This document shows, piece after piece, positions 8,968 to 19,033 of a DNA stretch of 64,000 bases (position 1 is the first letter of the stretch; each line of letters starts with the position of its first letter). A model generated the notes under the pieces. It worked only from the letters and a program-made list of their open reading frames with translations, was not told the origin of the DNA and searched no databases. The translations under genes were made by a program, and so were the position numbers. Origin of the DNA: Candidatus Thorarchaeota archaeon (lineage in GTDB: Archaea > Asgardarchaeota > Thorarchaeia > Thorarchaeales > Thorarchaeaceae); the NCBI GenBank assembly GCA_019057475.1, contig DXJO01000046.1, forward strand, positions 1-64,000, given 5' to 3'.

Positions 8968-9813
8968 ATGGAGAAGATTCGCTTTGGTCCAGCTGGCTAT
9001 CCCGAAGAGGCCAAAGGCAAACCAAAGAGAGCCTTCGAAATTCTGAAAGAAGCGGGGTTAACCGCATTCGAGTATGCAGCTGTCTATGGATTGAGAGCAC
9101 CCGAGGAAAAAGCAAGAGTACTAGGAAATCTAGCCAGATCCACAGGTATAGCCATGAGCATGCATGCAGCATACTACATCAATCTGGCATCAAAGTCAGA
9201 TGACATTCGTCAACGATCAAAAAAACGGCTTGAAAAGGCTCTGCAATTCGCACCGCTAATGGGCGTGAAACGGATTGTATTCCATGTCGGGACATACGGA
9301 GGTTTCAGTCCCGAAGACGCACACAAGGTTGTTAGAAGTGCACTTCAGGAAGTCTGGGAGAAAGCAGGACATCTCGGCGAAGGAGCATACTTGGCTCCCG
9401 AGATTGCGGGCAAGATAAACGCATATGGGTCAGTCGAAGAGATTGCCAAGCTCTGCGCAGAATCGGACGGCCTGATTCCAACGATTGACTGGGCACATAT
9501 GCACGCGCGCACGCAGGGCAAGTGCAACGATAAGCAGAGTTATCTCAAGATTCTTGGCGCATTCGAGGATGCTCTTGGGGCTCAATTCATTCATAACATG
9601 CATTTCCATATCAGCGGCATAATCTTCACGCAAGCAGGAGAAAAAGCTCACAGGCCCCTCGGGGAGGAATGGGGGCCGGATATACTGCCACTGATTGAGA
9701 TAACCAAAGAAGTGGGTTACAAGCCAACATTCATCTCGGAAACGCCAACCCCATTGAAGGGAGCACTATATGCTAAGTTCCTATTGGAGGAGCTGGAGAA
9801 ACACAACACATGA
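8968..9813 (+). CDS. nfo: Endonuclease IV (AP endonuclease family 2)
   Basis: RFGPAG, SMHAAYYINL, FH.G, PE.AGK, IDWAH, HFHISG, ISE. Confidence 0.9.
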   Translation: MEKIRFGPAGYPEEAKGKPKRAFEILKEAGLTAFEYAAVYGLRAPEEKARVLGNLARSTGIAMSMHAAYYINLASKSDDIRQRSKKRLEKALQFAPLMGVKRIVFHVGTYGGFSPEDAHKVVRSALQEVWEKAGHLGEGAYLAPEIAGKINAYGSVEEIAKLCAESDGLIPTIDWAHMHARTQGKCNDKQSYLKILGAFEDALGAQFIHNMHFHISGIIFTQAGEKAHRPLGEEWGPDILPLIEITKEVGYKPTFISETPTPLKGALYAKFLLEELEKHNT

Positions 9814-11150
9814 CTGAATACATCTTCATCCTGGGAAAGAATTGGCTCTTGAGCATTGCAGAGATGCTTGTCTACTTGAGGGACCAGAATCTGACTGCGC
9901 ATGTCAATGACCACTCCAGGAATGCAGCTATTGTTGAGATTGACGAGCGCTTGAGTGATTCTCAAATTGTGGAGATTCAGGAGGCGCTTGGAGGCTGTTT
10001 CAAGATTGGCCGCGTAATCACCAAGTACAATCGGTCAGTCGCAGAGAGGGCGTTTCCAAAGCAGGGGCGGCCAGTCAAGAGGTACAGGGCCGAGCTAATG
10101 GAGTGTCCTTGGATAGACCGGATATGGCCATCTCCCAAGGGAAAAAAAGTCAAGTTTGGAGTCAGCACATACCCTACATTTAACGTTGAATCAACTGTAA
10201 GTCTCAAGCGTTTGACTCTTGGATTGGATGAGTGGGCTAAGAGAAGGCTTTTGGCTCATGGTGCCAGAAGAGCCGCTTACTACATCTATGAAGGGCCTGA
10301 TACTAGGAAAAAAGAGCGCCCTAATACAGCATTGTGGCCCCAGACAATCGCTCGATATAACCTGTTGCGCCCCCCGAATGCGGAGGTGCTCGCAGTGCTG
10401 ACTGAAGAAAACCTGTACATCGGAAAGACCGTGGTGGTGTACGACTCACGCCTTCAACAATATCGAGATGAATCGAGACCGTATATTTCTGCTAAGACCA
10501 GCACGAGTCCAAAGCTTTGTAGGACCCTATTAACGCTTGCAGGCGCCAAACCAGGCGACACCATCCTGGATCCATTCTGTGGCACAGGGACTCTGTTGAT
10601 GGAAGCTGCAATCCTAGGTATGAAATGCATAGGGATAGACATTGATGGCGACGCCGTACAAGGGGCTCGGTTGAACCTGAGGTGGTTAAGTTCCGACCTA
10701 GGGGAGAAACTCGATTTCCGAATTATAAAGGGCGATGCTCGCAGGGCCATAGAAGTTGTCGGCAAAGCAGTGGATGCAATTGCATTCGAGCCTGTCTTGG
10801 GCCCGGTCTATACCAAGCGACCTGAGCGAAAAGATGCTGAAAAGAGCATCTTGGAGCTAACGAAGCTGTACCGTGACTCCTTGAAAGGGATGGAGCCATG
10901 TCTTGGACCGGACGGAAGGATCGCCATGACACTCCCTGTGATTAACACAACAAAAGGACAAGTCAGCATTGAGTTTGAACAGATAATCAAGGGGACTGAC
11001 TTCGAGATTATCAAATTCCTTCCTCGAAAATCAATCAGAACTCAGTCAACGGATAAGCAGCTAGTGATTCGTCCCGAGCGTCGTACTCTGCCTGAGAGGA
11101 AGATGGGACAAGCAGTTGAGCGAACGGTCATCATGCTTGGCAAACGCTAG
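9810..11150 (+). CDS. Trm11/TrmG10-like SAM-dependent RNA methyltransferase
   Basis: RD..RP, SPKL.R.L, ILDPFCGTGTLLMEA, GIDID. Confidence 0.8.
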   Translation: MTEYIFILGKNWLLSIAEMLVYLRDQNLTAHVNDHSRNAAIVEIDERLSDSQIVEIQEALGGCFKIGRVITKYNRSVAERAFPKQGRPVKRYRAELMECPWIDRIWPSPKGKKVKFGVSTYPTFNVESTVSLKRLTLGLDEWAKRRLLAHGARRAAYYIYEGPDTRKKERPNTALWPQTIARYNLLRPPNAEVLAVLTEENLYIGKTVVVYDSRLQQYRDESRPYISAKTSTSPKLCRTLLTLAGAKPGDTILDPFCGTGTLLMEAAILGMKCIGIDIDGDAVQGARLNLRWLSSDLGEKLDFRIIKGDARRAIEVVGKAVDAIAFEPVLGPVYTKRPERKDAEKSILELTKLYRDSLKGMEPCLGPDGRIAMTLPVINTTKGQVSIEFEQIIKGTDFEIIKFLPRKSIRTQSTDKQLVIRPERRTLPERKMGQAVERTVIMLGKR

Positions 11151-11980
11151 AAGAGATAGCGAACAATATCATCTAGTATGTAGTACAGTTGCAGACGCTT
11201 GATGTCCCTTTTGACATATGGCATAGCGTGATCGAATATCATGTTTCTAAAGGCAGTCTGGGTGACGGTCTTACGTGTGGCGTCTGCCACGACCTGAAGC
11301 ATCATTTCCAGACCCTGGCGAAGCATGCGATAATTGATCTTTGAAACGTCCAAATGCAATATCTCTACGCCGCTATCATCAATCTGGATGTCAGAGAGGA
11401 CAGGGTCCAGTTCTAGCACTGGCCCGGCTAGTTCGCGAATCTTCTTTGTTAGCTTGGTGCGAGTTTTCTTTGGGGCCTTCACTCGTAAGATGGCACGAAA
11501 CAGATGGCTATACACAGCAAGGCAGTCCATCGCTTTGCCAGCAGTAAGAGACTCATCGGTCGATTCGTATTGGGAAATCAGTTCATCCACATATACCTCA
11601 AAATGCTTGAAGGTACTTGTGGTGCCGTGCCAGCGCTTCAACATTGTGCTCACGTCAGAGTTCTTCGGCACCTCGTTTCGCATAAACTCTGCCAAGGCAT
11701 ACTCAAGGATAAATCGCATGTGCCCGAGTCGCGCCCCCTTGGAAACCACCATCACAAAGAGAAGGAATTCATTCGCCACCCACACATAGCGGTTAGATTC
11801 AGTATCAATAGTCTGCAGCTCCTCGGACGACGCACGATCAATGAAGGTATGGGTAGCAGATAAGAAAGGCGCAATCAGGTCCATATCTATGTCGATTTCT
11901 GTGTAGGCTTTAGCAATCAAGTTTCGACCTGACCCACGCTCTATTAACCAGATTCCTTGAATGGCGCGTCGACCAGACAT
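11147..11980 (-). CDS. Longin-like domain protein (start could be GTG 11998)
   Basis: IQGIWLIERGSGRNL...DLIAPFLSA..TF...LQTI...LLFVMV is the Asgard longin pattern, followed by a helical domain. Confidence 0.65.
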   Translation of the reverse strand: MSGRRAIQGIWLIERGSGRNLIAKAYTEIDIDMDLIAPFLSATHTFIDRASSEELQTIDTESNRYVWVANEFLLFVMVVSKGARLGHMRFILEYALAEFMRNEVPKNSDVSTMLKRWHGTTSTFKHFEVYVDELISQYESTDESLTAGKAMDCLAVYSHLFRAILRVKAPKKTRTKLTKKIRELAGPVLELDPVLSDIQIDDSGVEILHLDVSKINYRMLRQGLEMMLQVVADATRKTVTQTAFRNMIFDHAMPYVKRDIKRLQLYYILDDIVRYLF

Positions 11981-12113
11981 GATATCTTCTGTCTCCACAA
12001 TTGAATCGAAATCGGGTAAAATAAGCCTATATGGGATACTAGTAGCAACCTATTTCGAAAGGAGACTGCCGAATCGTCTGGGCCCAGGCCAACCCCCGAC
12101 AATCCGGCGGCCT

Positions 12114-12638
12114 CTATGCTCGCGCACCTCTTTCGTTCTCTTCAAGTGTCGTTCTCTGGGCAATCTGACTGAACTTATCAACGCTAGGCGTCCAGAGCTT
12201 CCAGAGCAGTACTGTAGCAATGATTCCTGCAATGGGAGTCGTCAATACTGGAGTCATCTGCCATCCCTCCCAGGGCTTGAGGAGGATAAAGCAAGACTGA
12301 TGCCAGGCGATTGTGACAAGACTGTGAACAAGGAGACTTGCTACCACGGAGATTCGCCTTGATGCCTGAAGAGCGACCTGAATAATGACCAGCAAGCTCA
12401 GAAATCCAAACAAAGTAACTGAAAGGAAATCAGGGTTCCTCCAACTGGGAACGTACGCGACCACGGTGTGCAGGTAGTACCAGATTCGTGAAATGTGACC
12501 GGGTAGTGGTAATGGGTCCGGAATCGGGATTGTACAGGTCCTCACAGCGTAGGGGCTAGCAAATGCGATGATTGACAATGCCAATGTGAATACAACGCAA
12601 AGGGTGATCTCCCTATTCGTCATCATCGCAAGAACCAT
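12114..12638 (-). CDS. Hypothetical membrane protein
   Basis: About 4 hydrophobic segments. Confidence 0.55.
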   Translation of the reverse strand: MVLAMMTNREITLCVVFTLALSIIAFASPYAVRTCTIPIPDPLPLPGHISRIWYYLHTVVAYVPSWRNPDFLSVTLFGFLSLLVIIQVALQASRRISVVASLLVHSLVTIAWHQSCFILLKPWEGWQMTPVLTTPIAGIIATVLLWKLWTPSVDKFSQIAQRTTLEENERGARA

Positions 12639-12692
12639 CTAGAGCCAGAAGGATTTAGTTCTTGCGTACCAAACGGGGAGTGTCAGGCTGCT

Positions 12693-12742
12693 TTCAAAAG
12701 AGAGGGGAGGGGGATTCGACGGTTAGGCCAAGTCCCTCTTGA
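12693..12742 (-). terminator. Putative terminator after tfb
   Basis: Imperfect stem AGAGGGACTT/GAATCCCCCT followed by CCCCTCTCTTTT on the minus strand. Confidence 0.4.
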
Positions 12743-12752
12743 TATAGAGTTG

Positions 12753-13718
12753 TTACGAGGTTGAGATTCCTAGCTTCTCAACCATTTCTTTGTAGCGATT
12801 TCTTACTGTAACTTCAGTGACCCGTGCAGTACGAGCAATCTCCAATTGTGTACGACGCGAACCTGTGAGGATGCTTGCGACATAGATCGCAGCAGCAGCC
12901 ATCCCTTTCGGGTCCTTACCAATTGTGAGTCTCTGTTCGCGAGCCTGTTCAAGGATATCAATCGCCTTCTTCTTGGCTGCGCCAGGAAGATTGAGTTCAG
13001 TGCCAAATCTATGGACGAACTCAGCTGGCTTACTGAATGGGACCTTGAGGTTAAGGTATCGCAGGATGAGGCGTACACACAGGCTTAGCTCCTTGCGAGT
13101 GATGTGTATCTGGTCGCATACTTCCTCCAAGGGTCTCGGGACCGTATGGATTCTGCAAGCGAGATACAGCGAAGCTGCAATCATTCCGAGGATTGTACGA
13201 CCTCGGGTCAATCGCTTCCGCAGAGCTTTCCTGTAGAGTACAGCGGCGGTTTCTCGAATTGAGTAGGGGATACTAAGCTGAGAGCTTATCCGATGTAGTT
13301 CCGTCATTGCAACCGCAAGATTTCGTTTGTCAGAGGAGTGAACCTTAGTACGGATTTGCCATTTGCGCAGCCTGTGAATCTGTGCTCTACGCGTTGAAGT
13401 CAGCTTCCGTCCGGATGCGTCAACATTCTGACGACCGATTATGGTCGTGAGACCCTGATCGAACTTACTCCAATCAGTTGGACCACCCACACGCTGACGA
13501 CTGTTCTGTTCATCAGCAGTGAATGCACGCCACTCAGGTCCTGTGTCAATCGAACGATCAGAAAGAACGAGTCCGCAGCTGGAACAGATGACTTCACCAC
13601 GAGCTTTGTCAATGTAAATTCTGTCAGAACTGCAAGAAGAACAAATTTTGTTGGCCATACTAATTTTGTGCTCACGAGATTTCCTAGTCTTCTGCTGTTT
13701 ACTGGCCAGTCGAATCAT
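12753..13718 (-). CDS. tfb: Transcription initiation factor IIB (start 13718 or 13658)
   Basis: Zn ribbon CSSC..CSSCG, IDTGPEWRAF, RLRKWQ, cyclin repeats, GKDPKGMAAA, VTEVTVRNRY. Confidence 0.97.
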   Translation of the reverse strand: MIRLASKQQKTRKSREHKISMANKICSSCSSDRIYIDKARGEVICSSCGLVLSDRSIDTGPEWRAFTADEQNSRQRVGGPTDWSKFDQGLTTIIGRQNVDASGRKLTSTRRAQIHRLRKWQIRTKVHSSDKRNLAVAMTELHRISSQLSIPYSIRETAAVLYRKALRKRLTRGRTILGMIAASLYLACRIHTVPRPLEEVCDQIHITRKELSLCVRLILRYLNLKVPFSKPAEFVHRFGTELNLPGAAKKKAIDILEQAREQRLTIGKDPKGMAAAAIYVASILTGSRRTQLEIARTARVTEVTVRNRYKEMVEKLGISTS

Positions 13719-13836
13719 CTCCCTGCGGTAGCCACCGTTCAAGGAGGTACCGCCATTAGAGCTATCGTTGATACCTATTCGGTATGTTCTTCCACGGCGC
13801 ATGGAGGAACGCTAGTTGGGACGCGGGACTAGTGAA

Positions 13837-13855
13837 TCGTTCTCATTGAGAACGA
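13837..13855. promoter_or_regulatory. Perfect palindrome (operator-like) in tfb promoter region
   Basis: TCGTTCTCA-T-TGAGAACGA, about 25 bp downstream of a TATA-like CTTATATT on the minus strand. Confidence 0.55.
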
Positions 13856-14125
13856 GCAACTATGCCGAGATAAAAATGAATATAAGTCTGTTTACGGATT
13901 ATTCAAATATATAATTGTTTATTGGTTGTTATTTTGTCTTTGCATTCTGCACTAGACCATAAGATTCTAACCGATGCATGAGTATAATCGACCAAAAAGC
14001 AACCCCGGAATCAACATGAGCGGACATACGGTAACCCCAAGTAACACAATAGTCATAGTCACGAGTAGCGTTTACTTTATGAAGAAACATAAGCCTGCCC
14101 TACACATCAAGAGGCGACACATGAA

Positions 14126-16045
14126 GTGAGTCCAACTCCGCTGACCAACAACCCTTGGAATGCCGCAACAAATTTGGTTATCCAGTTGTTGGTCAAAGCG
14201 GCTTCAATCGACTCTGAGATAGTTCGAAAGTACATCGAGATTCCTCCAGACCCGGACCTTGGGGACATTGCCAGCACAGTGTCATTCCTGCTGGCAAAGG
14301 AACTGAAGAAGAGCCCTGCTGCCATAGCTACCGAGATTGCCCAAGGCCTTGAGAAAGAGGTGAAGAAAGAACCCATGCTGAATCGAGTGGAAACAAAAGG
14401 GCCCTACATCAATTTCTTCTTTGACAGCGGGGAGTTCGCAAGGCTCGTTGTGAGCGCAATAACAAAACGTGATGATAGATATGGCATGACTGAGGAATTC
14501 AAGGGCACTCGGGCACTTATCGAATCCCCTGCAGTGAATCCTTCCAAGCCTTGGCACATTGGCCATGCACGCAATGCAATACTTGGCGACACACTCGCGA
14601 ACATCCTTGAAGCCGTAGGTTGCGAAGTTGTGAGAATCGATTACATCAACGACCTTGGGCTTCAAATTGCTCAGCTCACATGGAAGATAATGCATGATGA
14701 TGTGGATTTGGCAGAGGTCGACGAAAAGATGGACCACTTCTTGGGTCACCTCTATGTTGAAGTTCAGAAAGTCGCAGAGAACGACAGTGGCGTAGAAAAC
14801 AAGATTCGAGATATCACCCGCAGACTGGAAGACCTGAACTCAGAAGAGGCAAGGCGGAGCGCTGAGATGGTCACCCTGTGTCTCAAAGCACAGTGTCAGA
14901 CTGCATATCGTCTGGGCATCTACAAGAACTATCAGGTCTGGGAGAGCTCGATTGCACACAGCGGGCTCTTGCAGACTGCCAAAGATTTGATGTTGCAGGC
15001 AGAGAACATTATGATGCTGACGAAAGGGGAGAAGAAGGGTTGCATCGTTGCGAACCTAGCCGCAATTGAGGAATTCAAAGATATGAAGGATCCCCACAAG
15101 GTCCTGTTCAGGTCAGATGGAACACGAACGTACACTGGAGCGGACGTTGCATTCCAGATGTGGAAATTCGGCATCATCAAGGACCCATTTCATTATGGCG
15201 TGTTCGAGGAGCAGGCGAACGGCGAGAATGTGTATAGGACAGCCTTGGATGGGTCAGATCGCAACCTAGGGAGATTCAGTATTGTCTACAACGTGATTGC
15301 ATCTGCTCAAGCACACCCGCAAAGGCTAATCTACACCATTCTGGATTTGCTCGGATACCGCGAACAGAGCCTTAACTCTCACCATGTTGCCTACGAATTT
15401 GTTGGTCTAGAGGACGCAGACTTCTCTGGGAGAAAGGGGACTTGGATTGGGTACTCGACAGATGACGTCTTGGATAAGGCAACCGAACTCGCAAAGGAAG
15501 AGGTGGCGAAACGCAATCCCGATGAAAGTGACGAGTTCAAGGAAACTGTAGGTGCCAAGGTGGGCACTGGTGCAGTCAGGTACTTCATGCTGAAGGCATC
15601 ACCCGACAGGAAGATTACATTCAGATGGGAAGAGGCGCTAGACTTCAACGGGGATGCTGCTCCCTATCTTCAGTATTCATTCGCAAGAGCACAGAGGATT
15701 CTCGAAAAGGCTGAAATGGAACCCGCTGGAGCGGCAGAGTTGACATTGCTGTCCTCTGAGGCTGAGTTCGCGCTGGTGAAAGCAATAGCGAAGTTCCCCG
15801 AGGAGATTCTTGAGGTAGTAAGGGGACTGAAGAAGGATGTGTGGGGAACCAGCTTTAGCTCCAACAGAATTGCAGGATACTGCTACGAGCTGGCCACACT
15901 GTTCAGCAAGTTCTACGATTCCTGTCCAGTATTGAAAGCCGAGTCCGCAACCAGAGCGGCACGCTTGGAGCTAGTCACTGCATTCAGGATAACTATGGGT
16001 AATTGCCTACGAGTTCTGGGCATTCCAGTTGTCGAGAGAATGTAG
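14126..16045 (+). CDS. argS: Arginine--tRNA ligase
   Basis: NPSKPWHIGHARNA, YINDLG.Q, FSGRKG, YLQYS.AR, DALR domain. Confidence 0.97.
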   Translation: MSPTPLTNNPWNAATNLVIQLLVKAASIDSEIVRKYIEIPPDPDLGDIASTVSFLLAKELKKSPAAIATEIAQGLEKEVKKEPMLNRVETKGPYINFFFDSGEFARLVVSAITKRDDRYGMTEEFKGTRALIESPAVNPSKPWHIGHARNAILGDTLANILEAVGCEVVRIDYINDLGLQIAQLTWKIMHDDVDLAEVDEKMDHFLGHLYVEVQKVAENDSGVENKIRDITRRLEDLNSEEARRSAEMVTLCLKAQCQTAYRLGIYKNYQVWESSIAHSGLLQTAKDLMLQAENIMMLTKGEKKGCIVANLAAIEEFKDMKDPHKVLFRSDGTRTYTGADVAFQMWKFGIIKDPFHYGVFEEQANGENVYRTALDGSDRNLGRFSIVYNVIASAQAHPQRLIYTILDLLGYREQSLNSHHVAYEFVGLEDADFSGRKGTWIGYSTDDVLDKATELAKEEVAKRNPDESDEFKETVGAKVGTGAVRYFMLKASPDRKITFRWEEALDFNGDAAPYLQYSFARAQRILEKAEMEPAGAAELTLLSSEAEFALVKAIAKFPEEILEVVRGLKKDVWGTSFSSNRIAGYCYELATLFSKFYDSCPVLKAESATRAARLELVTAFRITMGNCLRVLGIPVVERM

Positions 16046-16046
16046 A

Positions 16047-17399
16047 TTAGCCCGAGATAACTCTGGCTGATTCGACCACAATCGAGGGCGTCACAACAGT
16101 TGATGTCACCCTAACGTCAGCCCCAACTCGATGAACTCTCTGAAGCAAGTCACGCATGTTGATGCCCACGAGAGTGTTCTTCACCGAATGTTCAATCGCC
16201 CCATCCTCAATGTAATGGCCTTCCATCACCATGGCGCTCAAATCGCCCGTCGTCATGTTTGGACGGTCCCCAGTATATCTGAACAGGATGCCCTTCTTGA
16301 TCTCGGAAACTAGGTCATCAAGGGTCCCTTTTCCAGGCGCTATGACAAGGTTGGAAGGCGAGATTGAGGGGAGTCCTGAGTAGGAGGGTCGACTTGCGTT
16401 TCCAGTGTTCTCCACCTGGTCCTTGTTGGCAGTATAGGAGTTGTGCAGGATGTTCTTCAATACCCCACCATGCAGAATCTGTGTGCGCTGTGTTGGAACC
16501 CCTTCGGCGTCAAAAGATCGAGAGCCAATCCCACCAGCTATATGAGAGTCGTCCATGATACTGAGCTCTTCCGATGCAATCGACTCGCCCAGTGCGTCTG
16601 CTATGTATGAGCGCCCGTATTGAATCTCCTCAGCATTGATGGCGCCTCCAAAGCCGCCTCCGATGATAGTGCTCACCGCGAGAGGCGTGAGAATGATGGG
16701 CATATCACCACCCTCAATTGTTCGACCACCGAGACTGTTTACTGCATTGCGCCCTGCAGTGGAGCCAACCCATTCAGGATCTATGTTCCTGAGGCTTCTA
16801 GATACTTGGAACTCGAAACTAGAAGTCTGGTCATTATCGTCCTTGACTGTGGGAGAGCTATAGATGAACATAGATGCGGTTTCCACGGAACCGGAGATGC
16901 CAAGGGAGTTGACTATTGCCTTGGTCCCTGCGGACGCATTCAACTGTGCTTCCACAGCAGTCTGCTTGGAGCCAACTGCTTCATTCGTAGCATCGACTGT
17001 CTGTATAATCAACTCTGCGGCTTCTTCAGATGAGAGCCTCTTAATTGCCGGGTCGAAGAGTCCCTTTACGGAGGGGTAGGTCCCGTCATAGGATGGCAAT
17101 GCAAAGAAGTCCGGGTCGGGCACTGATGCCTTTGCGAGTTCGACAGATCTTGCGGCGGCCTCAAGCAAATCCTCATCTTGAATCGTGGTGACATATGCAA
17201 AGCCGATCCCGCCCTTCTTGATCACTGAACGGATACCACATCCTGCGTCCCTCTTTTCAGATGCGCTCTTGATTGCACTATTCTCAACATTGATTGTGAA
17301 TGATCGTGATGCTGCTACATAGGCTTCGGCTTGACTTGCACCAAGTTCTTCCGCCCTTTTAACGACCAGTTCCCCAATCTCAAGAAGCTCGCCGTTCAA
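16047..17399 (-). CDS. pmbA: TldD/PmbA family protein, PmbA/TldE subunit
   Basis: GASQAEAY, FDAEGVPT, TGNASR, N.TTGD.S; no HExxxH. Confidence 0.9.
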   Translation of the reverse strand: MNGELLEIGELVVKRAEELGASQAEAYVAASRSFTINVENSAIKSASEKRDAGCGIRSVIKKGGIGFAYVTTIQDEDLLEAAARSVELAKASVPDPDFFALPSYDGTYPSVKGLFDPAIKRLSSEEAAELIIQTVDATNEAVGSKQTAVEAQLNASAGTKAIVNSLGISGSVETASMFIYSSPTVKDDNDQTSSFEFQVSRSLRNIDPEWVGSTAGRNAVNSLGGRTIEGGDMPIILTPLAVSTIIGGGFGGAINAEEIQYGRSYIADALGESIASEELSIMDDSHIAGGIGSRSFDAEGVPTQRTQILHGGVLKNILHNSYTANKDQVENTGNASRPSYSGLPSISPSNLVIAPGKGTLDDLVSEIKKGILFRYTGDRPNMTTGDLSAMVMEGHYIEDGAIEHSVKNTLVGINMRDLLQRVHRVGADVRVTSTVVTPSIVVESARVISG

Positions 17400-17400
17400 C

Positions 17401-18786
17401 TCACGCACCTCCCACAGGAATTTCTCTGATTCGAGCGTGAGGCCCACCGGACATTTCTGGCACAGCCTGTCCTGATTTTCCGCACGTGCCAGCTTCCATT
17501 GAGAAATCATTGCCGATGGCGTCTATCTTTGCTAGCACTTCAAGAATCTGTCCCGCCATTGATACATCGCGGACAAGCTCTGTGAGCTCACCGTTGTCTA
17601 TCAGGTATCCATAGTTAGCTTGGAACATGAACTGACCCTTAGAAGGGTCCGTATAGCCGTAGTTGAAACCGCATAGCAGAATTCCTCCATTTGTGTCCGA
17701 AATTAGCTCCTCGGCGTCCCAGTCACCAGGTTCCATGAAGGTATTGCTCATTCGAGGAAGGGGAGGATGCATGAAGGATTGAGCTCGGGCGGATCCATTT
17801 GGTTCCATGTCAAGAAGAACAGCGGTTTCCAAGCTATGCATCAACTCTGTCAAGATTCCATCCTTCACTAAGGTTCTTTTTCTTGTCTTGGTGCCTTCCC
17901 AATCGTATTCAAAGGACCCTCGCTTGCCAGGCAAGGTTGGATCGTCTGTCAAGTTCAAGTGCTCTGGGCCAACCTTTTTTCCCACCTTGTCCTCAAGAAT
18001 TGTCGTGTGTGCTGGCCAGTTATCAGCCTCAGATGCATGACCAAAGGCCTCATGAACCATCACACCGTTGAGAACAGGATCCATAACTACGTCGTAGGTT
18101 CCACCTTTGGCCGCTTTAGATGAGAGAAGGTCTATGGCAAGCTTTGCAGACTCCTCGCCAATGTGTTGGGGCCGCTCCGTTTCCAACTCTTCGAATCCCC
18201 CTCTTGTGCCCACTGACTTGAAACCACGTTGTCGATTAGCACCATCTTTCGCTGTTGTGACCGAGATTATTCTTGGCAATGAATTCTCTAGATGGACGCT
18301 CGTGCCGAAGGAGTTCGCAATGTAAAGCTCGGTCCACAGGTCTCCGTAGACAGTTCGAGTGTTGTGGACCCGGCCATCAAAGTCACGGGCTTGATCATCA
18401 ATCATCTTTGCGAAAGCAATCTTCTCCTCAAACGTGACGCCCTGAACTGGCCTTTTGACATTCAGTCTGACCTTGTCCTGGAAAGATGGACCATCAATCT
18501 CGAATCGCTTTGCTACCCTGCTACGTGTTGCTAGCGCCAGGCGCGCAACAGACTCCCCAGTTTCTCGCATGCCTTTCAGTGTCAGATCAGTTGCCTGTCC
18601 AAAGGCCCATGCGCCATCAATGAATGCCCTAATTCCAGCGCCCTTCAACCTCGAGGCGAGCGAACGCTTTGTAACGCCATCACTCATCTCAATGATTGTA
18701 GTTGTGGTGTTCTCGATTCGAACGTCAGCAAACTTAGCGCCAACCTTGAGAACTGCTTCAATGGCAGCGCTGGCCGCATCTTCCAT
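17401..18786 (-). CDS. tldD: TldD metalloprotease
   Basis: HEAFGHASEAD, DDPT, YDWEG, PRMSNT, CGKSGQ. Confidence 0.93.
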   Translation of the reverse strand: MEDAASAAIEAVLKVGAKFADVRIENTTTTIIEMSDGVTKRSLASRLKGAGIRAFIDGAWAFGQATDLTLKGMRETGESVARLALATRSRVAKRFEIDGPSFQDKVRLNVKRPVQGVTFEEKIAFAKMIDDQARDFDGRVHNTRTVYGDLWTELYIANSFGTSVHLENSLPRIISVTTAKDGANRQRGFKSVGTRGGFEELETERPQHIGEESAKLAIDLLSSKAAKGGTYDVVMDPVLNGVMVHEAFGHASEADNWPAHTTILEDKVGKKVGPEHLNLTDDPTLPGKRGSFEYDWEGTKTRKRTLVKDGILTELMHSLETAVLLDMEPNGSARAQSFMHPPLPRMSNTFMEPGDWDAEELISDTNGGILLCGFNYGYTDPSKGQFMFQANYGYLIDNGELTELVRDVSMAGQILEVLAKIDAIGNDFSMEAGTCGKSGQAVPEMSGGPHARIREIPVGGA

Positions 18787-19033
18787 AGTAATCGCCTCGG
18801 GGTCTTTGCTCAGGCGCGGCATTGCGGTTTAACTAGTTTCGGATACGGAGTTTGCACCATTCGAGGCGCTCTCACGCCAATCATGAATGACTGCAGATCT
18901 ACAGTCAAATGTGGGTCAATGTGTTCAGGACTATCAAGTCTCCTGCAATTGTTGTGGGTGTTTTGGGGATAATACACGGGTCTTTTTGGCCTGCATGGAC
19001 AAGGGAGATGGGCCATGGACCGGAGGTGCCCAG

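Noticed and set aside
13719-13802. Longer TFB N-terminus from ATG 13802
   Set aside because: Region is hairpin-rich and lies upstream of an RBS-like site; better read as untranslated leader
16047-18786. TldD/PmbA as part of the ESCRT system or a RiPP cluster
   Set aside because: Ubiquitous housekeeping pair, divergently transcribed; no precursor peptide or YcaO gene seen
18887-19033. Extra Cys-rich N-terminus (CNCCGC) of the ESCRT adaptor
   Set aside because: A strong GGAGGTG RBS precedes TTG 19034; the upstream stretch is more likely the divergent promoter region shared with tldD
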